Shown: positions 11,201 to 23,319 of the stretch, piece by piece | How the letters are laid out: every line of letters begins with the position of its first letter | Numbering within the stretch: the first letter of the stretch is position 1 | Source: the human T2T-CHM13v2.0 reference genome, Homo sapiens | Length of the DNA stretch: 64,000 nucleotides | Strand: one strand, 5' to 3' | Assembly (NCBI RefSeq): GCF_009914755.1 | Contig: NC_060928.1 | Notes under the pieces: generated by a model | What the model was told of the DNA's origin: nothing | Databases searched by the model: none | What the model saw: only the letters and a program-made list of their open reading frames with translations | Translations under genes and position numbers: made by a program

Positions 11201-13334
11201 GGAGGCCTGGCCCTTCCCCATCTCCGCCTCCCGGCCACCCTCAGGGCTGCACCCCCAGCCCCTACGGTGGAGGCAGGAGTGACCTGTGTGGCACCCTCTG
11301 CCCCCACTCTCCCCAGCACCTAGCACATCCAGGCCCAGAACTTGGGGTGACTTAGCCCCAGGGAGGATGGTCCCGGCGGCCCCAGCCCTGGGGTGCCCCT
11401 GGTCACTGCACTAGGCTTAAGGGCACCCACCCTGTGCCCTGCACCACCGTTGGCACTGGAGTGAGGGCTGGAAGGCTAACTGGTTGCCTGTGGGACCCAG
11501 GGACACAAAGCAGAATGGTTGAGGGGGAACAGGCGCACACCTGAGGGTCAGCAGGCTTCTGGAGCACAGGGTTGCCAGTGGGGATCTGAGCAGGGGAGGG
11601 GCAGGACCCCAGAGGCTATGTGGCCTCAGGCAGCAACCCTGAGAAGGCGGAGCGGGCGGCGGGACAGGTGTGTGTGGGAATGACACAAGAGGAGCAGGGA
11701 GGGGACCAGGAGGAGGCTGTGAGAAGACGGCTGATGGAGAGGCAGAGCTATGGGAGCTGTGCGGTGTCTGCAGGAGGAAGGAGACGTCAGCTAGGCCAGA
11801 TAACGTTGCGGGTGGGGGCGTAATTTGGGGCCTGAGACTTGCCCCCGAGGTTTAGTAAGGTCCCCATGGTGACCAGACAGAAGCCCCCTCGGTGTGGGTC
11901 CGGGAGGGCCGTGGAGGCTGCCCCTCCAAGGGAAGGGGGTGGGCTGGGGTGCCAGGGAGGAGGGCAGGGGGTGCAGGTCAGGGGAAGGTGCTTAAAGAAG
12001 GAGCAGGACCAGCCAGCCTGTCTTTGCTGATGGCTGAGGAGGGGGCCTTGTGGGGTCGGTGGTCTAAGAGGCCAGAGTGAGGGGCAGGATGGGGGAGGCT
12101 GCAGATGCAGCTGGCTGGGCTGGGGGCCCTCAAAGGCGCTCCCCTTGCCCCTCAGCTCCCCAGCATGCCAGGCCTGCTTGCCGACGCAGACCCCTCCGCA
12201 GCCCAGCTCAACAACCTCCCTCAGCTGGCGTCCCTCTGGGAGTTGAGCCAGCATCATCCTCCCCAGCTGTGGGGCCAAGCCCTGTCCAAGGCCTCCTAGT
12301 CCTGGGGACCCTGGCCTTGCTCCCTGGGTCCCACGTGGGGTCATCCTTGGCTGTTCTTTGGGCCTCCATGTTGGGGGACTCTCGGCAGCTGCCTGGGTGC
12401 AGGTCGGAGTCCCCAGAACGTCTGCTCTCGGTAGGCAGGACCCTGACCTTGCCAAGGCTGGGCCCCTCTGGCAAGGCGGGTGAATGATGGATGAGCAGTG
12501 AGGGGCCCTGCCCCACCCGACTGCTCACAGCCTTTCCCTCGTCCTCACCTCTGTCTACCCCCGAGGCCACTCCCCTGCAAGCTCAGACTGGAAAACCCCG
12601 TGGCCCCGTCAGCCTCGAAAGAGGTCAGGGCGGTCAGTGACAGCAGCTCCCGACATGAAAGCCACTCAACACCCCTGCTCCTCAGGGGTCTCTCAGAACC
12701 ATCAGCTCAGAGCCAGGCACTGGGTCATTGCTCAGCTGGGCCAGAAATGGGGGTAGGGGGAGTAATTTGGGGCCTGAGACTTGCTCCAAGGTTTAGCAAG
12801 GTTTAGCATCTCCTCCAGGTGGGGACACACCCACACAGGTGAGGTTGCCCCTGGAGGGGACAGAGGCCTCTATGTGGGTGGGATCCTGGGTTCTCAGGCC
12901 TGGCCCTGGCCTTGTGGGGTGAAGACCCTGCAGGGGGCCCTCTCAGTCTCTTGGCCATAAATCAAACCTGTGCAGGCAGGTTGGCTGTGGCTCAACCTAA
13001 TGACCCCATGGCTAGACACTCCTAAACCCAGGTTTAGGAATGTCGTTCTTGGTGTCCAGTGAGACTGCTGAAACCAGCTTCAGGATGTCCACAGGCCCAG
13101 GCAGAGCGAGGGTGTGGCCCCGCAGGTGCCCCATGGGGACAGACGGCTCGGCTGCTGCCGGTAGAGAGCATCCAGCAGAGGGGCAGAACTGGGCTCTCCA
13201 AGTACAGAGAAGCCAGAACACTAGGTCATGTGTGTGCACGCCAGCCTCCTCCATCCGTCCCTGGGGACTGCGGTAGAGGCAGGTAGGGGACAGTGTGAGG
13301 TCCCACGGCACTGAGAAGGACCTCAGATCCAGGA

Positions 13335-13449
13335 CAATGACCCCCTTCGTCCCTGGCAGGGAGGCAGGAGCCCCACCTGCAGAGGGGGAGGCAATGACCC
13401 CCTTCGTCCCCGGCGGGGAGGCGGGCGCCCCACCTGCAGAGGGGGAGGC
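13335..13449. repeat. Two-copy 57-bp tandem duplication
   Basis: caatgacccccttcgtccc at 13335 and 13392. Confidence 0.92.
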
Positions 13450-13834
13450 TCGGCGGATCCCAGGGGTAGTCTGTGTTTGTGTCTCGTGGGCATCAGACAC
13501 AGATGCTGTCTGTGCTGGAGCCCGCCAAGAAAAGGGTGGCACCAACCACAGGGCTGCCAGCGCTTCCTGAGCTGACATGGAGGCGGCACCAAGCGGGCCC
13601 CGCAGAGCCACCGCTAAAGACGCAGTGCTGCCGATGCGGAGATGAGAATGCCACGGTGCCCAGGAGCACCAGGGGAGGCTCCCAGGCGTCCACTCTCCCG
13701 GGAGAGGTGAGGGAAGGTGTAGATGAATGCTGGGAGCTGGTAAATCCAGACTCCCCAGGACCATGATCAGAGGAAAGCTGCAGGGCAGGCAGAGGGGCAA
13801 GGCTCCCACCAACAGCATTCCCGGTGGACTGGGC

Positions 13835-14113
13835 CCTGGGTGGGGCGGGGCTCCGGGTGGGCGGGAATATGGCTGGAGTCACAGGTGGGTGTGGTTCCAG
13901 GTGGGTGGGGCTCGGGTGGGTGTGGCTTTGGCGGGAGTCACAGGTTGGGTGTAGCTCCAGGTGAGCGGGAATATGGGTTGAGTCACAGGTGGGTGTGGTT
14001 CTGGGTGGGTGTGGCTCCGGGTGGGTGTGGCTTCAGGTGGGTGTGGCTTTGGCGGGAGTCACAGGTTGGGTGTAGCTCCAGGTGAGCGGGGCTCCCTTTG
14101 GGTGGAGTCACAG
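13835..14113. repeat. G-rich composite minisatellite (~16-bp gggtgtggctccaggt core plus gagtcacag units)
   Basis: GGGTGTGG at 13887, 13918, 13991, 14007, 14023, 14039. Confidence 0.88.
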
Positions 14114-15294
14114 AGGGGTGCTCCTGGGGAGGTCCAGCCCCAGGTCTCTCTTCTTCTCCACAGGGAAGGCCTGTAAGTCAGCCCCTCCCTTGTGACCCTC
14201 CTGGAGCAGGGGCTGGGCCAGGGGGTCCCCCCACCCCCGTCAGGTCAGGCACCCACTGCCCTTCCACATCAGCTGCAGCCTCGGCTCTCTCGCCTCTCCT
14301 CCTGACCCTTGAGTCATCGGGGCCTCCCTGTCCTTGGTGCCGCTCGGGCTCTACCTTCACTCCGCTGCAGTCCCAGGCTTCACAGCATCCCACCCTGCGG
14401 GCTCAGATCTGCAGATGTGTGCAGCCCTTTCCCCAGCACCCTGCCAGAGCCCAGACCCTCCCAGGGCAGCTGGAGGAGCAGGGCTGGTGGTACCCGGTAC
14501 TGGTGGAGGGCAGACCAGTGGAGGGAGAGAGGGAGGGGGCAAGGTCCAGGACCGGCGGGCGGGTGCTGGCTTTGCAGCATGAAGGACCTGGGGCTGCGTG
14601 AGGCCCACCCACTCCTCGCTGCGCAGGGCGGGGAGCAGCCTCGCCTCCTGCCGGAAGAGAGGCCCCATCCTCTGAGCTCCCCTCCCACCCCCTGCAGCAG
14701 CCCTGTCCCCCGCCATCCCCCACCAGGGACTTTCAGGACCTCTGCCCCCTCCTCCGGCCCAGAAGCTGGCCATGGCCCCACAACCCAGGCTGAAGGGGTG
14801 GCCCTGGCCACGCCCCCTGTGCCCAGCAGAGTCCTGGGATCTCCTCTCTCCTCAGCACCTGCTCCCCCTTTGCTGAGACCACACACCCAGCCAGATTTGG
14901 GGGGCTGGAGAAACCCCTAATCATGACTTGGGCTCGGGGTCCCTCCTCGGCCTGAGGCCACATCGTTAAAACACCTGGGGCCAGGACAGCCCGAAAGGCC
15001 CCCAAGGACCTACCAGGAGCAGCCCCAGCCCAGGGCCCCCGGCCCCTCCAGCCTCCCCTCCACACATGGGTGGAAGGTGCAAGGGGATGGGGGACACAGC
15101 CGTCCACACGTGCGACCAGGGGAAGGGCTGGGCAGTACGCCCCCCGCCCTTCCACAGCTTGGACCCGCCCAGCACCATGGGATCAACCTTGACCGCAGCT
15201 CGGCCCCAGTGTGTTAGGCCAGACCGGCTGTGGAGGTGCAGGCAGGGCCGGCAGGGACGGGGTTAAGAGCACGGCGCCTCCCAGGCCTCCCTCC

Positions 15295-15478
15295 TCGTTC
15301 CCTTTGAAATGGCTCCCTGGTTCCAGAATGACTCCGGCTTCCCCTCTTAATCTGTATTTTACGAGTGAGAAGGTTTGCATTATGCAAATCGTTAGATAGG
15401 AACAGGTGACATTTCAGCAAAGAACACGGCAGGCGGCGGCCTGCGGCTGCTGATTTAGACATTAGTATTTGTCACCAG
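15295..15478. promoter_or_regulatory. AT-rich island with palindromic POU site, candidate enhancer
   Basis: CCTTTGAA (15301), TTTTACGA (15357), TTTGCAT-T-ATGCAAAT (15374-15389), TGACA (15407). Confidence 0.65.
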
Positions 15479-15679
15479 GGCGGCGGGGGCGGAGGAGAAC
15501 TCGGCCACGGGGGGCTCCTCACACCTTAAGGTGGAAGTCTCCCAGCCGGGGCAGGCCGGGCCCGCACACCCTGAGGCCTCCCAGCGACCAGCACACCACC
15601 CGCGGGAGCTCCCTTCTGTGCACCAGGCTCTGGCCCAGCAGCACCTCCTGGAGCTCACGCCGCCACGGTGCAGGGCAAG

Positions 15680-15775
15680 CACAGGCCCATTTTACAGATG
15701 AGGAAGCCGAGGCCCGGCGAGGTGATGGGCGGGCTGGGTCTCAGCTGGAGAATGGGGCAGGGTCCAAGCCAGCCA
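15680..15775 (-). mobile_element. MIR fragment
   Basis: cccattttacagatgaggaagccgaggccc matches MIR core. Confidence 0.75.
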
Positions 15776-15904
15776 GGGATGTCCCCACAGCGAGTGTCCG
15801 GAGGGCCCACTCCCCACGACTGCACAGTTCATTCTGCGGGTCCTTCCTCCAGCAGCGCCCCCATCCCAACTCCACCCTCTCCCATGCAGCCCACAGACAG
15901 CCTG

Positions 15905-16065
15905 GGGCGGCCCGCCCACCCCACCCCACCCGCGCCGCCTCCCACCCACCCCACCCGCGCCGCCTCCCACCCACCCCACCCGCACCGCCTCCCACCCCAC
16001 CCCACCCGCGCCACCTCCCACCCCACTCCACCCGCGCCGCCTCCCACCCGCGCCGCCTCCGACCC
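15905..16065. repeat. C-rich ~21-bp repeat (cccaccccacccgcgccgcct)n; G-quadruplex potential on - strand
   Basis: About 6-7 visible copies within a CpG-rich stretch (~15.4-16.45 kb). Confidence 0.88.
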
Positions 16066-19000
16066 GCAGCCCCGCGGCGCTCTCCTGGGCAGGCTCTGCG
16101 GCACCATCCATCATCCACTGTCAGAAGCATCCGCGTCCATTTCCCGGGAAGTTGTTTGAGGGGAAATGGACGAAAGAGAAGGGAGCGGCCACGCACTTCC
16201 CAGGGCGCCCCGCGAGCCCTTCAATTTTCCAGCTGCCTGACAACGCCCACGGCGCACCCAGCTCTGAGGGGCATGAGAAACGCCAGGCCCTCGGGTCCTC
16301 CAGAGGCTGGGAGAGCCGTGGAGCCACCGGGGCAGGCTTTCCCAGGAGCCCCATGGGGGCTGTGGGCCGCAGCACGCAGCCGGAACATGGACCGCAGTCC
16401 CGGGCAGACCCTCCCGGCACAGGCCCGGCAAGCTGCTGTCCCGGCTTCGAGGTCTCTGGTAGGCTGAGCTGGTTGGTCCTGGGGCTCCTGTGTGGCCGTG
16501 GGTCTGTAGGCAGCCAAGGGCAGTATGTCCTGGGGAGCCTGCAGGGCACCGGGCAGGGCCCAGCTCCCCACAGCCCGCCTGGTCTCTCCGGCCTCTGGCT
16601 CTGAGTCTGCAGGATGTGGAGTGGGCTGCAGCAGGCTGCTCTCTGTGCTTCTGAGAGGCTGGGCAGCCCTCTGGGGAGCTCAGGGGAGTTTGGGGTGCCG
16701 TGGTCCAGGACGACCTGGATGACCTTGGATGACCTCGAAGGCCTTTTGGCTCAGACGACCCTGGATCCCAGGGGTGTGTGGGCAAAGGCAAGAGAAGGCC
16801 CATGAAGAGAGGCTGGGCCTGTTGTGCAAGGAGAGCAAGGCCAGAACCAGCGGCAGGGCCAGACGGCAGCACTGAGCACTCCGCCTGTGCAGGGTGACCC
16901 CTCTTGCCCTGTCCTTGCCTGTGGGGGAGGAAGGGTGGGGCAGCAGAATACCGAGGTGGGAGCCCTTTGTGGAGCCGAAACCATGGCAGCCGGGAGGCCA
17001 GATTCACCCACCCCAAGGACCCCCAGACCCCCGGCTTCATACAGCAGCGCAATGGCATTAGTAACACGCTTTTCTTGGGGAGACTTTGGGGCAGAAATGA
17101 AGTTGCAGGCAACATGCCATGGGGGAGGCAGAACCCTGGACACAGCCCAGCTCCAGGGCGTTGTCTGGGGCTCACGCCACCTCTGAGACACCCGCGTAGG
17201 GGGCGCATGGCTGGCTTGTGGCTGGCAGATGCCGGTAGATGCACCTGGCTGAGGAATCCGCTCAGATCCTCAGCAGATCTGCCTGGTGCTCACAACCCCA
17301 CTCCAGGGGCTCCTGACACTGAGAGGCGGGGATGTTAGCTCCTGGCTTATCTAGCGGGGTTCCTTAGGCCACAGAACTTTGGGTTCTGGACACCTGTGGG
17401 GCTGTGAGGGGGGTTGACCCTGGGTAGGAAGAGGGTGCAAGGGCACGGAATTCCTAACTCACGCCTGGAAGTGTGCGGACAGTGTTTAGCCAGAGGGGTG
17501 GCTCAGTCCTCAGACATCACACAGAGTGGGTCATTCAGCCACTCAACAAACACAGGGATCCAGAGGGGACAAAGGAAGTGGCCCGGCCAGGGTGGGCTGA
17601 GCACCCTCCATGTGCCTGGCATTGGGCTCGGTGCCGGCCGTGCAGTGAAGGCCAGGGCCCTGTGCCTAGCAACAGAGCAGCTGGGTCCTCGTCTGGCACC
17701 CCCACGAGGTGGCTTATCCATCTACACGGGTTGGCTCTGACACCATCCACGTGTGCCAGGTGAGGACAGTGAGACGCGCTCAGGGACCTGCCTCCCTCTC
17801 ACACTGCTCAGCTCCACAGCTCCCCCAGTGCACGCCCAGAACCAGGTCAGGGCCTGGCGGTTCACGGCCCGTCTGCACCCCTGCATCAGCAGCAGGGGTC
17901 CCCAAATGACGGCCCGTCCTCTCTCCTCAGGGGCTTCTCCAACCCTAGTTCCCCGAGCCGAGTGCAGCTCCTCCTGGACAGCCCGTCCACTCCAGGCCAA
18001 CACAGCAGCACAGCCCTGGTGTCAAATCTGAATGGACCCAGCAAGCCTGAGACAGGAGAGGAGAGAGGGTGCCCAGGCGGGTAGAGGCAGCCTCAGCCCA
18101 GCTAAGGAGGTCAAGGAGGCTGGGGAGGCCCCTGGGACCAGACCTGCCGGGCTCCTGGGCCTTTGAGAGGGGCTTGGAGGAGCTGCTTAAGGCTAGACTA
18201 GTTGGGGGGGGGGTCTGTGGGGGTGAAGAGGATGCCCCAATCTCGACAATGTGCAATGAGGCCTCGGTGGGCAAGGCTGCGGGTTGGAACCTGTGTTTAT
18301 GCATTTGGGGACACCCTTCTCCGCTTGGGGCACTGCAGGTGGGGGCCTCAGGGGCCAGGAGGGCCACAGGGTGAGGGCAGTGCCCAACCCACCACAGGTC
18401 ACAGGTGTGCAGCAGAGGTTTCCAAGGGTTAGGAGTGTGGGTAGGGCCATGGGGGGCAGACTCTGACCCTCATCCCTAGTTCCCAGGGAAAGCGGGGGAT
18501 GCTGGCCGCCTCACTGAGGGTCTGGCAGACCCCAGCCTAGCAGTCTTGCCCCAAGCACGGTGTCTGCAGCTGTGAGTGCAGGGGTGGAAGCAGAGGCTGA
18601 GGCTGAGCCTCACCGGGCCAGGCCGCTGGCTGCCCAGCCTGTGTCCTCTCGGAGCCCACCCGTTTCTTCCAGGCTTCCCCGGGAGAATCACCTGCTATTT
18701 TTCCACCTCCCTTAGCCCTGACTCCAGCCAGGCAGGGCCTCACCTGGGCTGGGGTCGGCAGGTGAACCAGACCTGGTGCCGGGTGCTGGTGCTGCCAGGG
18801 AAGAACGTCTCCAGGTCCTGGCGCTGGCAGGAGGAAGGTGTCCCTGGAGTTGAGGGCTTGTGCTCGCCACCCTAAGTGCTCTTTCCTCTGGGTCCAAGTG
18901 TGCTCTTCATTGCCATGGCCCCACGAGGCGGAAGGGCCTCCTCAGCAAGCCGCTTGGGGGTGACCTCCTGCTTCTCTTAGAGCCCTGACCCTGCACAGGG

Positions 19001-19459
19001 GGAAGGGAGCGTGGAAGGGGTGCATCGTGCAAGGAGGTGGAAAGCTGCTCTCTGGGCTGCCCCACCCTTCTCTGATCCGAGGCCCAGGGCAGCAGCCACC
19101 CCTATTTTCCTCGCCCTGGAACAAGTGTGCATGCAGCGGCTTCTGACACACACACATGTAATAAACAGACAAGGAAACACATTTAATCTGCTTTTCTCTT
19201 AAAGCACTCTGTGGACTGAGGCCTGGTGAGATAGGAAGACGGTGGGTCCCTGGCCCACTCTGCCTGGGAGCTGAGCTGTGGGGTCAGGCGCTCTGACACC
19301 TAGAGGAGACAAGACCCCCGCACCCTGGGGCCTCCCACACCCTGAGTTCCCAGCCCCGTCCCCCATCCCAGCCCCACCACCAACGCCTGGCAGCCACAGC
19401 GTCACCCCCGCTCCTGCGGCAGGGGAGTGTTGTCCTGGCGTCTCTTTCCTGGGATCCCA

Positions 19460-19730
19460 GCGCTTTGTAGTGACATTTAAGATGAAAAGAAAGGGAAGTC
19501 CTCCCTGCTCTAATGTGTACAGTTCAGGTTGGAAATTAGCATGAGAAAAGGAAACACTCTCCTTATCTCTGGGAGCGAATGGGCCAGCTCCTCCACTCCT
19601 GGGCCTTTGTCTACTGTCAATAATCACTTACCTTCAGGCCCATAAATGTCATTCTTGGGGTGCTCATAAACAGCCCCGTCTCTTTTTAAATTAGCAAGTA
19701 GAGATATTTATGGGTTTCTATTAAGGGTGG
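19460..19730. promoter_or_regulatory. AT-rich island, candidate enhancer
   Basis: tgacattta, aattagcat, tgtcaataatc, ccataaat, cataaac, tttatgg. Confidence 0.5.
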
Positions 19731-20124
19731 TGGGTGGGGGAGTCGGGAGCACTCGGCAGCTGTGATAAGGGAGAGGTTGGGGGGGCCTGCAGGAGGCACG
19801 GAACCCCCACCCAGCTTCCAAGGCGGGAGCCCCAGCTAAGGCTCCATGCAGACCCGCAGACCCTCACCACACTCCTGTGGGGACAGCTGGGGGACATCCA
19901 TGGCTTGGTCGGGGGAAGGGGGCTGGAGGCCTAAAAATCACAAAGAGCGAACCACCTGTGGCAGAAGCCAGGTGGGGGTTGGTGGGCGCATGAGGGTGGG
20001 AGGGGCTCCAGCAGACGGGCAGATGATACCACCAATCCTGACTCCTGCCCCAGAGGGGCCGGGCCTCAGCTTCCCCAGCTGTGAAAAGGTGTGGCCAAGC
20101 CACTGTGGAGGCAGGTGAGGCCCC

Positions 20125-20550
20125 TGCACACGCAGTCACACCAAACATCCTATGCTCACATGCACACACTGTCCACTCGCAAAACTGCTCACACATATAC
20201 TCACATGTACACACACACATTCACATTCACTCACACTCATTCACACACAGTCATTCACATTCCCACATTCACATTCACACACACGTTCACACACATTCAC
20301 ACACCCACATTCACACAATTCACTTTCACACACATTCATTCTCACATTCACATTCACACACATTCACACACCCACATTCACACAATTCACTTTCCCACAT
20401 TCTCACATTCACACTCACATTCACTCACGTTCCTTCACACACACATTCACATTTACACCCATTCACACACACATTCACACACATTGACTCACATTCACAT
20501 ATTCACTCACATACATTCACCCTCACACATTCAAACACACAAACACACAG
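20125..20550. repeat. (CACATT/CA)n simple repeat
   Basis: Directly visible. Confidence 0.95.
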
Positions 20551-20559
20551 CCTCCCACC

Positions 20560-21290
20560 TCTAAAATGTCTCTCCACACCTCCCACCCCTTCAGCTTCTC
20601 CCCCATCCCAACTCTTCCTTCATTTTAGATCCTTCTTCATTCCCAACTCCTCCCTCTTCCTGGTTTCTCTCTCATCCCAGCTCCTCTTTTTCCCCAGCTC
20701 CTCCCTCATCCCAGCTCCTCCCTCAGGTCCTCACTCTTCCCCAGATCCTCTCCAATCCCCAGCTTCTCCCTCATCCCAGCACCTCCCTCATTTCCAACTC
20801 CTTCCTCTTCCCAGATCCTCCCTCATCCCAGCTGCTCCCTCATTTCAGCTCCTCCCCAATTCCCAGCTTCTCCCTCACTGCAGTTCCTCCTCATCCCCAG
20901 CTCCTCCCTCCCAGCTCCCCCCATCCTCAGCTCCCCCTCATCCTCAGCTCCCCCTCACCCTCAGCTCTTCCCTCATCTCAGCTCCTCCTCACCCTCAGCT
21001 CCCCCCATCCTCAGCTCCCCCTCACCCTCAGCTCCTCCCTCATCTCAGCTCCCCCTCACCCTCAGCTCCTCCCTCACCCTCAGCTCCTCCCTCATCTCAG
21101 CTCCCCCTCACCCTCAGCTCCTCCCTCATCTCAGTTCCCCCTCACCCTCAGCTCCTCCCTCACCCTCAGCTCCTCCCTCATCTCAGCTCCCCCTCACCCT
21201 CAGCTCCTCCCTCATCCAGCTCCTCCCTCACCCTCAGCTCTTCCCTCATCCCAGCTCTTCCTGCATCCCCAACTCTTCCCCTCCTTCCCA
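20560..21290. repeat. Pyrimidine-rich ~17-18-bp minisatellite (ccctcagctcctccctca)n
   Basis: Directly visible; more homogeneous at 20920-21250. Confidence 0.93.
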
Positions 21291-21317
21291 GCAGCCACAC
21301 TGCACACCAGAGCCGGA

Positions 21318-21850
21318 GTGATTTTTAACTTTCACTTCCGAATAATGTTAGATTTACAGAGTAGTGCAAAGACAGCACATAGAGTTTGGATGCCTCCCCC
21401 GCCCCCCTACTGTTTCATCTTGTCGCCTTCGTCACAGCCTGGCACGTGGCTCTTCCCTGAATTCCAGCCTTCCTTTGGGCTCCTGCTTTCCCAGTGCCGT
21501 TTGTCTGGTCCAGGACTCTGCACCATCTCCTGAGGCCCCGCTGGTCTAGGACGGCCTTGACAGCTTTTGGGGGCACTGCTTGACATCCTGCAGAGTGTCC
21601 CAGTCAGGGCTGGTCTTGGGGGTTGTCTCAGGGCCGGACTGGTGCCCTCCTCATCCCCTCCCACCAGGGTCAAAACCCCCGCCTGCCGGTCATGTGACTG
21701 CTCTCCCCCGGTGCCCTGTGTGTGGGGAGAGTCAGTGAAGCCCCCACTCAAATGGTTCAGCTCCTTCTCTGGGGACATCCAGCACGTTTCTTCAGATTCC
21801 TCTGTGAGGAAGATTGGAAGACATTCTTTTAAAACACAGATGGTCTCTGG
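21318..21850 (-). mobile_element. Old L1M (L1MC/MD-like) 3' end fragments, GC-shifted
   Basis: aataatgttagatttacagagtagtgcaaagacagcacatagagtt and ccttgacagctttt...tgcagagtgtcccc resemble the L1MC/MD 3' UTR. Confidence 0.55.
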
Positions 21851-23319
21851 TGCCCCCACGCCTCTCTTCCTCTGTGGCCCTCAGCCAAGGGATCATTTCA
21901 AGGGACCCCCAGCCCCACTCTGTCCCAGCCCCTCCTGTGGGGCCTTGCAGACACGGGCACCCCTGAGACAGGCGAGGCCTGGACAGGTGCAGGAGGTGGG
22001 CCTGGAGCCGGTGGGTGGGGCTGGCTGGACGGCAGGTGGTCAGCGGGCGGCAGGCTCAGCTTGTCTCTGGCAGGAGGGCCCACGCCCTGTGTGCCAGGCT
22101 GCTGGGCCTCCCCGGACGGACCGGCTGCCCGAACCCCTCGGCTATGGCAAGCTTTCATGGTCTCTGCCTCCCTCGGTGTCAACACATGACATTGAGGTTA
22201 AAAATGTGCCAGGTGGATGAGTGACAGGCCTCCTTCACAGAAGGTGGCCACAGAAGCAACCTGCACATCTAAAGGCACGTGACAGCAGTCCAGTCCCCAC
22301 GCAGTGAAGGGGCCCCATCCGCCCACCAAGAGGACAGGGTGCAGCAAGCCAGCTACCCCCTGAGTGCCCACTGCCTGCCCATGCCCTGCTGGGGGAAGAG
22401 GCAGCTGGGGGCCACCCGGCAGGGCTGACTGCATGGGACATACCCAGCTGTGCTTGCAGTCCCTGAGGAGGGCTGGCAGCCCCTTCAGGAGAAAGCGCAG
22501 CCACAGGATGGGATGCTGTGTGGACTCAGGTCCAGGGCTCCACCACACCCCAAGTCTCTCTGGCCCCCAACCTTACCCCATCCCACCCTGTGCCCGAGTT
22601 GGCATCATCCAATCTCCACTTGGCATCATCCAAGGTGCAGACTGGATGCAGATCATCCAGTCTGAGTTTTAGGAGACTTTGACAGGGGAGATGGCTGCGG
22701 TCTGGCAGGGGCCACACCAGGGGAAAGAAAGGCAGTGACAGGCACAGGCAGTGCCCCTGACAGAGGGGTGGCCTGGGAGGGGGGCTGTCAAGGGGGTTGC
22801 TGAAGGTATGGCAGGAAGACAGAGAGGCAGGACGGGGAGCGCCTTGCCCGAAGCTGAGTACAGGTGGCGGCTGTCCAGCAGGGGGAGGGAGGGGTCTCCA
22901 TGATACTGAGTGGCAGAGGAAGGTGCTGGACACTGCCCCCACCCAGGAAATGGCCTGGCACCCCTGGGGTCCTAAACAAGCCAATCTCCCTCCTTGCCAG
23001 AGAGCAGGAGCTGGGGGCAGAATGAGGAGGCTGCTGGGTCCCCAGCATGGGTTGGGAGAGCCATCATTCTTGGAGGCCTGATAAGGGGTGGGAAGGGAGA
23101 GGGCCACCCTGAGACCCAGGCATACAGGACAGTCCACTGAGCCTGGGGTCACCAGGGGCACCTCACCCCCGGGACCCCCTGCAAGCCACCCGGGGTGAAG
23201 TGGCCCCAGGGCAGTGTGAGAATTCCACACCCCCCACCTGCCCGGCTGTGGGCTGCAGCCTCCCTCCTGGCCATCCCAGCAGCATCTGCAGCTGGGCCTA
23301 TGCGGTGAGTCCACCTTAA

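Noticed and set aside
17192-17206. Weaker CTCF-like strings (also 13172 and 22876)
   Set aside because: Mismatches at core positions; expected by chance at this GC content
20081-21328. 415-aa His/Thr- then Pro/Ser-rich ORF, the longest in the track
   Set aside because: Lies entirely over (CACATT)n and C/T-rich minisatellites, which lack stops for compositional reasons; GTG start and no domain
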